The notes: a model not told the origin generated them from the sequence alone. 64,000 nt of DNA from an uncultured Planctomycetaceae bacterium (GCA_963813715.1 CAWFAK010000007.1:800001-864000); one strand, 5' to 3'. Shown: positions 45,471 to 58,110, numbered from the stretch's first letter. A program made the numbers and translations.

Positions 45471-46115
45471 TCAGCGATTCTTCATCACGATTCGGTGCAC
45501 CACGCATGTGACGTCGTCGCAGTAGTCGATCGCCTGCTCGACTAGTTCGTAGAGCTCCTTCCACTTGATCACTTGGAAGGCGTCGAGGCCGCCATCGAAG
45601 AGCTGTGCCAGAAACTGGTGGTGGATGTTGTCGCCCTCCTCCTCCGCTTGATGGACGACGATTTTTAATTCATCGACCGACGCGGTATTCTCCGGCGGTT
45701 TCCGGTCTTTGATGTGGCGCAGGCCAGACACTGCGATGGCCATCAGGTGGGTGGCCTTCAGGAGAACAGCGCATTGGCTGACAAAGTCTTGGCGAACCAC
45801 GACGATCTTGTAAAACATCATCCGCTGGCCGGCAGCGTCGATCCTGTCGACCACGTCGTCGATCCGCCAAATTAAGTCATAGACGTCCTCTCGATCGATC
45901 GGCGCGAAGTAACGACGCTCGAGTCGATCGAGCGTCTCGTGCGTGATCTTGTCCCCTTCGCGTTCCCCGTCAATGATCGCCGTCACCAACTTGTTGCCCT
46001 GGTCATCCCCCTTTTTGGCTAAATCTGCCAGAAGCTCGGCGCAGTGCACTGCGTTCTGGGCCGCACGCTCGAAGGAGTCGAAATAGTGGACGTGTTTGGG
46101 CAGCAGGTTAAACAT
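45471..46115 (-). CDS. DUF47 / PhoU-like phosphate-transport accessory protein
   Basis: MFNLLPK..YFD.F, EREGDKITH, FAPIDREDV, EEEGDNI, IKWKELYE.VEQAIDYCDDV. Confidence 0.88.
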   Translation of the reverse strand: MFNLLPKHVHYFDSFERAAQNAVHCAELLADLAKKGDDQGNKLVTAIIDGEREGDKITHETLDRLERRYFAPIDREDVYDLIWRIDDVVDRIDAAGQRMMFYKIVVVRQDFVSQCAVLLKATHLMAIAVSGLRHIKDRKPPENTASVDELKIVVHQAEEEGDNIHHQFLAQLFDGGLDAFQVIKWKELYELVEQAIDYCDDVTCVVHRIVMKNR

Positions 46116-46153
46116 TCGAGCTCACAGTCTGGTTCGGAGGATCCCGTGGCATT

Positions 46154-49100
46154 CTATGCCGGCTCTCCTGGAATCGATTGGAGGTCGTCCTCAGATTTGT
46201 TGGGCACAACGAGCGAGTAGACGCAGGGGACCACCAACAGGGTGGTCACAAGACCGGCGATCAGGCCGCCGAGGACTGCCCGGCCGAGAGGAACGTTTGC
46301 TTCGCTGCCCCGGCTCAATCCCAAAGACATTGGGATCAGGGCGAAGAATGTCGCCAGCGCGGTCATGACGACTGGCCGCACACGGACCGCGGCCGCGCGG
46401 CGGATCGCCTCCATCGGGGACACACGGTCCGCTTTGCGCACGTTTTCCGCAAAGTCGATCAAGAGGACCGTGTTGGAAACCACGATCCCCACCATGAAGA
46501 TCACCCCCAGCAGCGATTGGACGTTTAGAGCCGTGCCCGTGAAGTACAGCATCAGGATCACTCCGACCAGGCCGACCGGCACCGCCGACAGCACGACCAG
46601 CGGAGTCAAGTACGACCGGAAGAGGGCCACCATCAAGAAGTAGATCAAAAGCACGGCCCCGGCCATTCCCAGTGCCTGGAACCGGAACGTCTGCTGCATC
46701 TTTTGATACTCGCCGACCACGACGATTCGTGCCCCCTCCATCACCTTTTGGGCGGGGTCCTCTGGGTCGAACGGGCTCCAGCCACCATCAGGCCGCTCTT
46801 TGCCGAATCTCGCGACAACGCGGTTTACGTCCTCAGCCACATGCCCGATGTCCCGGCTATGAACCCCCATCGTGAGATCCATCGTGGCCTGAAGGTTCGT
46901 GTGGTTGATCTCGGCCGGCACTTCAACGCGCGGGAGCGGGACCTTCACAATGTTCCGCAGCGGGATCGGCTGCTTCTGTCCGGGGCCAGTGATCGGAATG
47001 TCGAGCAACGTATCGACCGACGAGATGTCCTGCTCCGGATACTGCACTCCGACGAAATACTGGTTGGAACTCTTTGGGTCGATCCAGAAATTCTTCTTGT
47101 TGAACTGGACGCTCGAGTTGAATGCCGAGACCACGTTTTGCATTACGTCGGCCTGATTCAGCCCGAGAGCGGACGTCTTCGCCTGATCGACCTCGAGAAC
47201 ATATTGCGGATAGTCGAGCCGCTGGATAATGCGGGCGTCAACCACTCCGTCGATGCCCTTAACCTGGTTCAAAATCCGCTCGGCCACTTTGCGGGCTTTC
47301 AGCATCTTCTTGGCCGTAATCCGGACGTTGATTGGGGTCGACTTTCCCTCGTTCATCGCCGCCCGCACCATGCCGCCCGCGTCGAAGGCGAACTCCAGGT
47401 CGGAAAATCGCGTCTCACCCGCGAACCCCTCGCGCAAGACTTGGACACTCTCCTGAGCGGACCGCGACCGTTCGCCCTTGAGCTGGACCTTGACGACTGC
47501 ATCCATCGGCCCCGCGTTCGGGGTAAACGCGGCCGACCAGTTGGGGGTCAGTCCAATCTCGCTGATCACGAGCTCGAGGTCGCCGCCGATCTTGTCTTTC
47601 ACGAACTGTTCCACCGTGGCGATTTTTTCTTCTGTTTCCTCGATTCGAGTGCCGGACGGGGCCCGGACGAAGATCTCAAATGCACCGGCGTCGACCTCCG
47701 GGAAGAACTCGCGGCGAAGCACCGGGCCAAGCAAAACGATGACGGCCGCCAGAGCCGCGAAGGCCACTCCGATCACGAGGCTGCGGGTCCGCAATGCCAA
47801 GGCCAGAACTCGGGTATAAACCGCGATTCCGGCATCGATCACGGCCTCCCACTTTTCGAACAGGCGGCCGAGCCGTCCCTTCGGGGGAGCGTTTTCGTGG
47901 TCGTTGCGGTGCTCGTAATCTTCGGAATGGGATTCCAGCGGCTTATGACCGTGCGACTTTTAGCCACACGGCACACCGAGCCGGGACGAACGTCCGCGAT
48001 AAGACGTAAGCGATTGCCATGGCAAACGCGACGGAAAGGAACATCGGGCGGAACAGGAACGCCCCGAGCCCGGGCATCAACGCCAGCGGAAGCAAGAACG
48101 AGCAGGGTGCAGAGGGTGGCAATCAACTCCGGCAGCGCCACCTCGCTGGCACCCAGATAAGCGGCCTCGACGGGATTCGCTCCCAGGCCCAGGTGGCGGT
48201 GTGTGTTTTCGAGGCAAATGATCGCGCTGTCCACAAGCGGACCGATGGCGAGCGCGAGCCCGGCCAGGGTCATCAGGTTGATCGTTTGATCGAGCCCGTA
48301 CAGGCAGGCGACGGTTCCCATCACGGCAACCGGAATGGTCATCACCGCGACCATCGTCATCCGCCACTCGCCCAGGAACAAGAGGATCACCAGCGGCAAA
48401 GGATGGCGCCGAGCACGCCTTCTTCCGCCAGGCTTTCGATGGCCTTGCGGACATACACCGACTGGTCCATGACCACTTGCAGATCGACGTCGGGGGTGGT
48501 CAGCCGCTCCTTCATGTCCGGCAGATTCTCTTTGAGGCTGTCGACCACGCTGAGGGTGCTGTAGCCCGATTGTCGGTAGACGGGGATGTAAACCTGCCGG
48601 CGACCGTCGACCCGAACCACGTTCGTCTGAATCGTGGCGGCGTCTTTCGGGACCGCCACCTCCTTGAGGAAGATCGTTCGCCCGGACGCATCGGTTTTGA
48701 TCGGCACGTCGGCCATGCGCTCCACGGTGTCGTACATCGCGTTGGAGTCGAGCGTGTAATCGAACTTGCCGAATTTCGCGTCGCCGGCCGGGATGAAGAT
48801 GTTGAACCGATCGAGTGCATTCATCACATCGGTCGGAGCAAGGCCGTGGGCCTGGAGCCGGTCCCGATCGAGGTATGCGAGGATGGTGCGGATCTTTCCC
48901 CCATACACCACGGGCGCATTCGCGCCGCGCGACGACATAATCATCATTCGGACCTGATAACGAGCCGTGTCGTAGAGGACCGACTCGTTCTGGGTCTTGC
49001 TGTTCAGAGCGACCAGGCAGACCGGCGTCGACGAAGTGGGATCGTAGGGCAAGATGACCGGTGGCAGGGTTCCCGGAGGCAGCGTCGGAATTTCGACGGT

Positions 49101-49439
49101 TACGAGAGAGTTCACTTGGGTTAAAGCGCCGGACGGATCGACGTCGCCGGCAAAGAAATTTCGGACGATGCTGACGCCCAGGAGCGACCGTGACTCCTGA
49201 CGCAAGATCCCGGCGGCCTGCCCGCTGCCGCGCTCCATCCGGGCCGTGATTCCGGACTCGACGCTGGTCGCGGCCATGCCGTTGTAGAACGTCAAAACCT
49301 GGACGGCCGGGCTCCGATACACCGGCAAGATGTCGGCGGGAATCGCGAAGAGCGAAACGGCCCCGCCCAACAGCACCGTCAGGATCAACACAGTAATCGC
49401 GCGGGGATTACTGAGCGAAAAGCGGATCAAACCGTTCAT
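46154..49439 (-). CDS. RND efflux permease, second paralogue, several frameshifts
   Basis: IPADILPVYRSP, LAGLALAIGPLVDSAIICLEN, RVRPVVMT, PLGRAVLGGL. Confidence 0.9.
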
Positions 49440-49556
49440 AGATCAGGTCGTTTCACGGCCTGATCCTGAATCGGGGTACTCCGGCCGGAGCAGTCATGGG
49501 GTGAGTTATGGCGTGTCGCGTGCGATCGCCGATTAATGGCTCGCGTAGGTCTGTTT

Positions 49557-50958
49557 TCAGTCGGTCGCCGCAACGGCGTTGCCCTCGCTCAACGGTCCGG
49601 CAGCCCGAACGATGACCCGATCCCCCGCGGTCAATCCGGAGAGGATCTCGACCTCCGACCCGTTGTCGGCCCCAAGCTGGACCGAGACGAACGCGGCTTT
49701 ACCGCCGCGGGCGAGCCGAACCACTCCCTTTCCGTCACCTGCCTTCCCGAACAGAGCGGCTGAAGGGATTCGGAATGCGCCCGGCGCCCCAACCTGCAGG
49801 CTGAGAGTGACGCGCCCAAACATTCCGCGACGGAGCGTCCCATCCGGGTTTTTGAGATGCACCTCGGTTCGCATCATCCGGGTCTGCGGATCCTCGGATG
49901 CGGCCAGCCGAGACACTTCCACTTTGTCAGCGCCGCGGGTCTTGAATACGACGCCGGGCAGCGCATCCACCTCGACCACCGCCGGGTCGCCGCAGTCGAC
50001 GAACGGGACGTCGCGTTCGGGCACCTGAATCACGACGCGCATGACGTCGGTCGCGCTCGACCGCCAGCACCGGCACCCGCTCGCCCTTCGCATAGCCGGC
50101 GTCAGCCGATCGAATGAAATCACCCGGATGGAAATTCCGCTGGGTGACCACTCCGGTATACGGAGAGCGAATGATGGTGTAATCGAGCAGGACTTTCGAC
50201 TGCTCGAGCTTGTCCTTGGCCGTTTCGATCTCCGCCTCTGCGTAGCGCAGATCGGCCTGAGCCTGCGAGACCCGGGCCCGGGCGGCGGCTTCCTTCTGCC
50301 TGGCCGCGTTCACTGCCTCGGCCGCAGCCAGATCGCTCGACACGGCCGCTTGGAATTGGTCCTCATTCTCATCCGCAAGCTTGGCTTCAAGGGAGCGGCT
50401 GGCAACAAGGTCTCTAATCCGGTCCCGCTGCTTCTCACGATATGCCCGGTACGACTCCTTGCTCTTCTTTTCGGCCTGGGCCAGCGAGATCGCCGCGGTT
50501 GCCACGCCGAGGTCAGCTTTGGCCGAGGTGATGGCGGCCTTCATCTGGTCCACCCGCGCCTCGGCCCGGGCGACATTGGCTGTGTCCTCTTTTATCTGTT
50601 TCTCGTATTCCGGGACCGAGATGCGGGCCAGAACATCGCCGGCGTGCACCCGGTAGCCGATATCGACGTTCTGCTCAACGAGGAAGCCGGAGACTTTGCT
50701 GTATAAGTCGGCACACTCGAATGGTTCGACCGATCCGGGTTGGGTGCACAGACGATCGATACCACCGGAGCGAGGAGTAATGACTTTGACCGAGATAGCC
50801 GCCGAGGTCTCGCCGTTTTTGGCGCCGTCGAGCTGCGTTGGTCGCACGACCTCAGCAGCGGCCTTGCCGCGAACGAATACGTATCCGGTGCCGGCGCCGA
50901 CCGCTCCCAGCACCGCGAGAGCCAACAACCACCGCTTCCTCTTGCCTGATGAACGCAT
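49557..50958 (-). CDS. RND periplasmic adaptor (MFP), frameshifted near 50070
   Basis: LYSKVSGFL, IRSPYTGVVTQRN, TRMMRTEV.LKNPDG.LRRGMFG. Confidence 0.88.
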
Positions 50959-51036
50959 GGACTGAATGACGACCCTGACGGCCGACCTTTCGTGATTGGA
51001 TCCCGACTCGAGACGATGCCGAGGCACGGACTCTTA

Positions 51037-51053
51037 AGCAAAGGACAGGCCGA
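51037..51053 (-). promoter_or_regulatory. sigma54 -24/-12 promoter for the second RND operon
   Basis: Minus strand TCGG-CCTGTCCTTT-GCT (GG-N10-GC); adjacent NtrC-type regulator; candidate UAS at 51163-51198. Confidence 0.6.
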
Positions 51054-51236
51054 AATGAATGGATGCCGAGAGCATGTCCGAAAGTCACAGTCAGCGAATG
51101 ACTTGTGCGATCGAAGGAGAAAATGGCTTGAACCGGCGGTCTCGAATCCAAGCGGAAGGTTCGGGAGAAAATCCCAAATGGTTGGGATCTATTCCCAAAA
51201 GTCGGGCGAGACCGCGAAGGTGGGAGAGCGTCGCTT

Positions 51237-52683
51237 TCAGTCCGGCATCCCGGTGAAGTCGCTGGCTCCCTTGGCGGGGGTGATCCCCAGTTCGCGAAGC
51301 TTATTGCGAAGCGTCTTCCGATCGATGCCGAGCCGTTCGCAGGCGTTGCCCAGATGTCCGTGAGCGTGCCGAAGGACTCGAGTAATCAGCTCCCGTTCGA
51401 CCGCTGTGAGGACCTTGTGGTACATCTCCTTCTCGCCGCCGCTCAGCATGGATTCGATGGTTCCCACGACGTCGAGATCAGAGGGGCTCTGGCCGACGAT
51501 TGGAACCTTGGCTGAATCCTCTCCGGCCGCAACAAGCCCCGGCGGAAGAAACTCCGCGAGGATCGTCCGTCCGGTCGTCCTCAGGGTCGCTTCCTTGATC
51601 GCACCGCGCAGCTCGCGAACGTTGCCCGGCCACGGATAACGTCGGAAGATTTCCAGCACCTCGGGCGCAAAGCCACGAACGTCTCGCCCCGACTCGCGGG
51701 CAAACTGAGCCAAGAAATGGTGAGCCAGCTCCTCGATGTCTTCGGTCCGATCGCGGAGCGGAGGGAGCCGGATCGTGATCTCCTTCAGACGGTAGTAGAG
51801 ATCGCTTCGGAACCGGCCATCGACGATAAGTTGTTCCAAGTTATAGTTGGTCGCTGCCAGCACCCGGACTTTGCGTGCTGATCGATTTGCCACCGCCGAC
51901 TCGCTCGAACGTTTGATCCTGCAGAAACCGGAGCATTTTCGCCTGGACGGCCGCCGGCATGTCTCCGATCTCGTCCAGAAAGAGGGTGCCGCCGTCCGCC
52001 TGCTCGAATCGGCCGATCCGCCGCTGGTCGGCGCCGGTGAACGCGCCGGGCTCGTGACCGAAAAGTTCGCTCTCGACGAGCCCTTCGGGAATCGCCGCGC
52101 AATTGATCGCCAGAAAGGGCTTGTCCGCTCGCTGACTGTGCTCGTAAATGGCGCGTGCGACCAGCTCTTTCCCGGTGCCGCTCTCACCCAGGATCAGCAC
52201 CGTCACGTCCAACGGAGCGACCCGGCCGATCTGTTTGGAGATCTCCCGCACGAGAGGAGACCGGCCGACAATTCGTTCCTTGCGCGCTTCATCCGGAGGG
52301 ACGGCGGGTTCGATCCTGAGACGGGCCGCTTCGAATGCTCGCTCCAGCAGTCCGCTCATTTGCTCGAGGTCGAAGGGCTTGCCGATATAGTCGAACGCCC
52401 CCCGCTTCATTGCCTCGATCGCCGTCTCGGTCGTTCCGTGCGCGGTCAAGAAGATGACTGGACGCTTGGGATCGGCCGCCCGAATCCGATCAAATAGATC
52501 GAGGCCGGATCCATCCAGAAGCTGGAGATCCAGCACGATCACGTCCGGCTGGTCCTCCTCGACCCGCTGCCAAGCCTCGGCGACCGTTCCGGCCGAGGCC
52601 ACCTCGACATCAACCGTCGCAAAGACCCAGTGGAACGACTGGCAGATCAGCGGTTCGTCATCAATGACCAGCAGTTTCGGCAT
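51237..52683 (-). CDS. sigma54-dependent response regulator (NtrC family), frameshifted near 51880
   Basis: REC domain [44 protein letters not shown], Fis-type HTH. Confidence 0.93.
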
Positions 52684-54157
52684 GCAACTCTTCTGCGGTT
52701 GGCAGGGTGAGCGTAAAACAGGCGCCGCCACCGGAGCGGTCGGCAGCAGTCAGTTCGCCCCCGTGCTCCCGTGCAACCCGCCGGGCAACAGTCAGACCGA
52801 GCCCGGTCCCGGTCGGCTTGGTGGTTGCGAAAGGGGTAAACAGCCTACCCACGAGTGTTCGATCAATCCCCGGACCGCTGTCGCTCACCTCGACCCGAAT
52901 CATACCGCCCTTGCCTGTTCCGGTGGAGACAGTGACTTCGCCTCCGGGCGGGGTGGCATCGATCGCATTGAACAGCAGGTTGGTGAGGACCGACAAAAAC
53001 TGATCACAGTCGATGGCGGCGCGGAGCGGTTCGTGCGAGGAATTCAGCCGCACGGAGATTGATTTCGTCTCCGCCCGGCTTTGTGCGACGTCGATGGCCG
53101 CCTCGACGAACGTCCGAATGTCGTGTGTGCGGAGGTCGCGGGGCCCGGCCTGGGCAAAATCCATCAGCCCCTGCACAGTCCTTTCGATCCGAGCGACTTC
53201 CTGGAGCAGCAGGTGCAGACGGTCCACCGTGAGTGGGGTCGGGTTCTGTGGCCGTACCGCAGCTTGAAGCAGGAACTTCACGCCGGTAAGAGGGTTTCTG
53301 ACCTCGTGCGCGACTTCGGCTGCGAGTTCCCCGACGGCCGCGAGCTGCTCCGCCCGAAGCAACTCCCGCTCCTGCTCCTGAAGCCGCTGGCAGACTGCGC
53401 TGACCCGGGCGACTACTCGGTCCAGTTGCTTGTCAAGATCTCCGAAGTGGGCCGGCGCCTGGACGGTCATTTCACCGACCTCCTGATCCAGGTGTGCTTG
53501 AACTGCTTGGACTCGGATCGACAAGCGAGCGACGCGTTGCGTCAGCGCCCGGGCGGTCGCGTACCCGCTCAAGAGACCCGCGAGGACGCCTGCGAACCCA
53601 AGGGAGAACAGCACCCGACCGGCCCAGGCGGTCTGGGTCTCGCTTCGTTCCAGGCTGTCCCTCATTCGCTTGCTTTGGCGATCCGCCAATTCGACGCACG
53701 GCGCCAGCAGGTCGCGCATGTGGTGCGCGTCCGACCACCGGGCCACATCGCTGTTGCTAATCTTTGCCGCGGCGGGAAGTCGGTCGATCGCGAGATTTTC
53801 CCGGTACCGCGCGTAGTCTTGCACGATTCTTTGAGACAGTTGGGCATCCTCCCGAGTCGTGGCGGTCTGCTGAATCGCCGCGAGCGCCGCGTCGACATGC
53901 GCCAGATCAGCCCGCACGGTCTCGCGACGAGCGTCCGTCGGATCCGCAAAGAGCACCAGCGAATGGACCCGCAGGTGCCGGAGCTGGAGCTGAAGATCGA
54001 CGGCGGCCTCCCTCGCGGCTGCGTCCTGGCTGACAGCCCGCGCCAACTCCGCCTGAAGTCGATTGATATACCAAGAGCCGGCCAGGCAAGCGACCGCGAC
54101 CAGAATCCCAAGCGCAACGAGCGGCCCCGAGTAAATGTTGAACAGAAACTGGCGCAT
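52661..54157 (-). CDS. Sensor histidine kinase
   Basis: Two TM segments; [37 protein letters not shown]. Confidence 0.93.
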   Translation of the reverse strand: MRQFLFNIYSGPLVALGILVAVACLAGSWYINRLQAELARAVSQDAAAREAAVDLQLQLRHLRVHSLVLFADPTDARRETVRADLAHVDAALAAIQQTATTREDAQLSQRIVQDYARYRENLAIDRLPAAAKISNSDVARWSDAHHMRDLLAPCVELADRQSKRMRDSLERSETQTAWAGRVLFSLGFAGVLAGLLSGYATARALTQRVARLSIRVQAVQAHLDQEVGEMTVQAPAHFGDLDKQLDRVVARVSAVCQRLQEQERELLRAEQLAAVGELAAEVAHEVRNPLTGVKFLLQAAVRPQNPTPLTVDRLHLLLQEVARIERTVQGLMDFAQAGPRDLRTHDIRTFVEAAIDVAQSRAETKSISVRLNSSHEPLRAAIDCDQFLSVLTNLLFNAIDATPPGGEVTVSTGTGKGGMIRVEVSDSGPGIDRTLVGRLFTPFATTKPTGTGLGLTVARRVAREHGGELTAADRSGGGACFTLTLPTAEELHAETAGH

Positions 54158-54415
54158 TGGGCCAATCCTCTTGCTGCAAGCTCGACTTCGGATTCGGAGT
54201 CCCCATGCATTCTTGTCTTTTATTACTTCGACTGCCAATCCCGTGGCTCACGGAGTCTCGCTTCTTGCCGGCACACAAAATGGCCTTGCAGTGCCATAGC
54301 GCTCGAGCACCTAGGCTCGACGAGGCCCTGTCGGAGGTCGCGTTTGCCGTTACGTGATTCAGAGTAATCGTCGGTACTATTTGCGCGGGGGTTCCTCCAA
54401 GAATCGCAGCACTGA

Positions 54416-54497
54416 AGTGTCCATAATCTCAACCGTTTTCTGCCATTCCCGTTAATCGACCCAGTTTCTGAAACTCGTTGCCCAGGATCTGGGAACG
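54416..54497 (+). repeat. res-like site, left-arm copy B2 upstream of the resolvase
   Basis: gtgtccataatctcaaccgttttctgccattcccgttaatcgacc closely matches the left arm of A2; followed by cagtttctgaaa and a hairpin. Confidence 0.8.
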
Positions 54498-54559
54498 CTG
54501 TGAAGACAGTCGGCGTCCGATATCGAGACGCACATCAAGTCTGACAACAGAGCAATTCC

Positions 54560-55150
54560 GTGATCGCCGCTTCCGACGGCGGTCGCCTTGTCGGATACGC
54601 TCGGGTCGGCACGGAAGGCCAAGAGCTGGCACTCCAACTCGATGCCCTGCGAAATCACGGAGTCGCGAACGAGCTGATTTTCACCGACAATGCGTCGGGC
54701 GCAAAACGTGACCGACCAGGGCTAGATGCCTGCTTCCGCGAGCTTCGCGCCGGCGACATCTTGCTGGTCTGGCGTCTCGACCGACTGGGAAGATCGGTCC
54801 GCCACCTGGTCACGCTGATCGATCAGCTTCAGGACCTTGGCGTTGGATTCCGGTCCGTCTGCGATGGCGCCATCGACACCACGACGCCCTCGGGCGAGTT
54901 AATCTTTCACATCTTCTCGTCACTCGCGCAATTCGAACGCCGACTCATCCAGGAGCGGACCAAAGCCGGGCTCGCCGCCGCTCGTGCGCGCGGTCATACG
55001 GGTGGTCGGCCGCCACTGACTCCAAACGACGCCAAAGTTGCGCTCGCGAATAAACTCTTCCCCGACAAGTCAGTGGATCCGGATGACATCTGCGCGACGT
55101 TGAAGATTTCGAAGACCACCCTGTACCGTTATGTGGAGATCGCGACAGGA
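54560..55150 (+). CDS. Small serine recombinase (Hin/Tn3-resolvase family); catalytic Ser appears as Gly; ORF reads through to 55438
   Basis: GYARVGT, DRPGL, LLVWRLDRLGRS, AIDTTTPSG, LAQFER..IQERT.AGLAAARARG..GGRPP, ISKTTLYRY. Confidence 0.93.
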
Positions 55151-55159
55151 CGCGTGATT

Positions 55160-55345
55160 CGGTCGCGGAATCACTCTCGTTTACGCCGACACACCGGGGC
55201 CGCCGGGCCAAAAACTCATACGATTCTTCGGACGCTTTTAGGACGCCAGATTGCCATACGTCTTGGCGGAATCGGGCCGCAGGCTGTGAGAGTGGGCGAA
55301 ACGCCCGGAAAACGGCGGCGTAAATCGAACCATTTTCGGAACAGC
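55160..55345 (+). repeat. res-like site, right-arm-only copy C downstream of the resolvase
   Basis: aaaactcatacgatt, attgccatacgtcttggcggaatc, aaatcgaaccatttt; spacings 38/71. Confidence 0.8.
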
Positions 55346-55467
55346 CATTTAGCTCCATTCACGGGAACATTTGTGGACAAATGTCGTGTCTTCAACCATC
55401 TTCACATGGGGATCCCGGGTGCTGCATTCGCCGCCTGATTCGCCTCCACTTCGCCGAGAGACTTCCA

Positions 55468-57623
55468 ATGCTTAGAACGATTCACGAGTGGCACCGATGG
55501 AGGTGCATGGCCGTTGCGGCTTTGCTTCTGCTCTTCGCATTCGCGGGTGGTCGAACGCATGACATTGCGCGGAAGAAAAGCCGTTAAAAGCAGACCGCCG
55601 AGGCGTGATCACGGGCAAGATCGTTGATCGGCTCAATTCGTCGGTCGTCGGGGCGCGGGTAACCCTCTATCGCTGGCAATCGCCAAGCGGGCGTTGGGGA
55701 CGTTGGAAAGTCGCGAGCGACCCGGTCCTTACTGACAAAGCCGGGACCTATCGATTTGAAGGTCTGGCTGACGACTACTTCATGTTGTCGGTCGAATGCA
55801 CCGGGTTCGCGCACGGCTTCTCTGACACGAGAATCAAAGATGCACAAGCACGGCAGGTGAATCTTACATTGAATCCCCCGGCGTCGCCGGTGATTCGAAT
55901 TGAAGATCAAGCCGGCAAACCAATCGTTGGCGCACGGGTCCGCGAATTCCGATTGCGCGGTGTCAATGGCCAACTCCGACTCCCACAGCTTTCCCTGGCC
56001 ACACTGGGAATCGCAATTCTGCCGAGCGACAAGAGCGGTCGCCTTCAACTGCCGCCGCTCCCTTACGGCGACGTGGTTTGCGATGTCATCATCGATCATT
56101 CCGACTTTGCGCCGGTGCGGATCAATGAATTGCCGGCAGCCTCCGGCGCCGAGGCCAGGGTGACGATGCGACCGGGTGTCGCCGTTACGTTGCGAGTGCC
56201 GGTCGATCGTCCGGCTGAGCGAATCACGGGCGCTGTCGTCGATCTGCGGCACGAGCCCTTTCACGATCCATCGACCTTCGGGCAATACGAGGCGTATTTC
56301 GATCCCCAAGGCATAGCAAGGCTGACCGTCGAGCCAGGTAATTATTCGTTCCTTCTGCTGCAGCACGAGGATTTCTTTCTGACACCGGTTTACTCCGCAA
56401 ACTTTGATCAGAAAATGCTTCGCATCGAGCCGGGACGAAACCAGGACCTGCACTTCGATATCCACCGCAAAGTTTCTGTTCGCGGCCGGATCCTCGAATC
56501 CGACACCGGAAAGCCGCCGCGCAACATGGCAGTGATGGGGGAGTTGAAGCACCGTGTGCCAAGGGGATGGGATGATCCGCCGCCCGACGAATGGAGTCTT
56601 GCCGGATGGGGCGAATCCGATGAGCAGGGAGAATACACGATCGACCTTGCCGCTGGGAGTGCGCGAGTCTCACTTCAAGAACGTGAATTTCTGCCGGAAC
56701 AGGAATTCTATGAGCTGAACGTGACCGCCAATGGGTCGACCGTCCTTCCAGATATCAAGGTCCGCCGGCTGCCGAAGATCGTTGGAATTGTCCAGAATCC
56801 GGATGGCAGCGCGGCCGCTGGCGCCGTCGTTCGTCTCCGTGGAAAGTACATGACGGCACTACAGCCCGTGTTGACGAATGCCGCCGGACGATTCGAGCTT
56901 CGGCCGGCATTCATTCCGCTCGACGAGGAAACACACAAGCGAGCCTTCGTGCAGAGCCTGGCTGCCTTCGATCCGTTCCGTCCCCTGGCGGCTCGTGCCA
57001 AAGTGCGGCTCGACAAACCGGAAGCGGTCGTCCTCAAGCTGGAGCCCCACGATCCCGACTGGCTCCTGTCGGCGTTTCGCACAGGATCGAGGGACGGCGA
57101 GCGTGGCGGGGTTTCGCCCAACGAAGCCGGCAGGTTTGCGGCGATTTCCTTGAGGGATCGCCCCGCTCCTGAACTTGAGGCGGCGCTCTGGTTGAATACC
57201 GGAGGCCAGCCCCTCAGGCTGGCCGATCTGCGGGGGAAGTTTGTATTGCTCGATTTCTGGTTCACAGGTTGCGGCCCCTGCCACGCCGACTTTCCATCGG
57301 TCAAGCTGGTTCACGAGTTATACAAGGACAAAGGCGTCGTGGTCATCGGCGTCCATAACAACTCCGGTAGCCCCGAGGCGGTCCGGGAACACGTCGCCAA
57401 GATCAAACTGCCGTTTCCGGTCGCCGTGGACTATCCCGATGGCCGCACGATCGCCCGCTTTGAGTCGCACGGAATTCCCGATGGTTACCCCGACTATGTA
57501 CTGATTTCCCCGGAAGGCAAAGTTCTCCTCGACGACCGGACCATTCCACACGCGACTCTGCGGGCCTACAAGATGGAGATCATCCGCAAGTTTCTGCTCG
57601 AATCGCAGACTGCAGCGAAATAA
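55468..57623 (+). CDS. Exported protein with carboxypeptidase-regulatory-like repeats and C-terminal TlpA/redoxin domain; signal peptide out of frame
   Basis: TDKAGTYRFEGL-type repeats; LADLRGKFVLLDFWFTGCGPC. Confidence 0.8.
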
Positions 57624-57668
57624 ATGCCGCCCGTCGGTCGCGCGGGCGGATCGCGTTGCCGTCGCCGT

Positions 57669-57751
57669 CGTCCGGTAATGTCAACCGTTTTCTCGAACAC
57701 CCGGAAAATGACCAATTTCGGGAATGGCGCGTCACCGCGTTGCGGTGACGC
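57669..57751 (+). repeat. res-like site, left-arm copy B3
   Basis: gtccggtaatgtcaaccgttttctc, gacc 28 bp later, aatttcggga, hairpin gcgtcaccgc-gtt-gcggtgacgc. Confidence 0.75.
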
Positions 57752-58110
57752 CGGTGCCGGGCACGAACCAATGCGCAGAGATCGCGAGGATGGCCTTCGG
57801 CCAGGGCGTCTCCTGGCCGAGACGGGTCCAGCATTCGGTGTACGTGCTCGTCAGTACCGCGTCCATCGGGTTGCCGTGGCCGATGAAGTACGAAGGTACA
57901 ACGAGTCGGTCGGCAAAGAAAAGGTCGCCACGGCTCTACTCCTCTGTCATGTGCCGTCAGATCGGTCGTCGTGCTCAGCGGTGCCCGCTGACGTTCCTTC
58001 AGTTCCTGCTCCGCGGCCGGGGTAAAGTTGTGTCATCATGTTCCTCCGATTTGCTTGCGGTTCTTGGGTCCATAATCTCAGTCCCTTCGAACGATCAAAG
58101 GAGTACACCC

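Noticed and set aside
55150..55438. C-terminal extension of the resolvase
   Set aside because: It translates the non-coding right arm of the repeat; the family normally ends just after TLYRY
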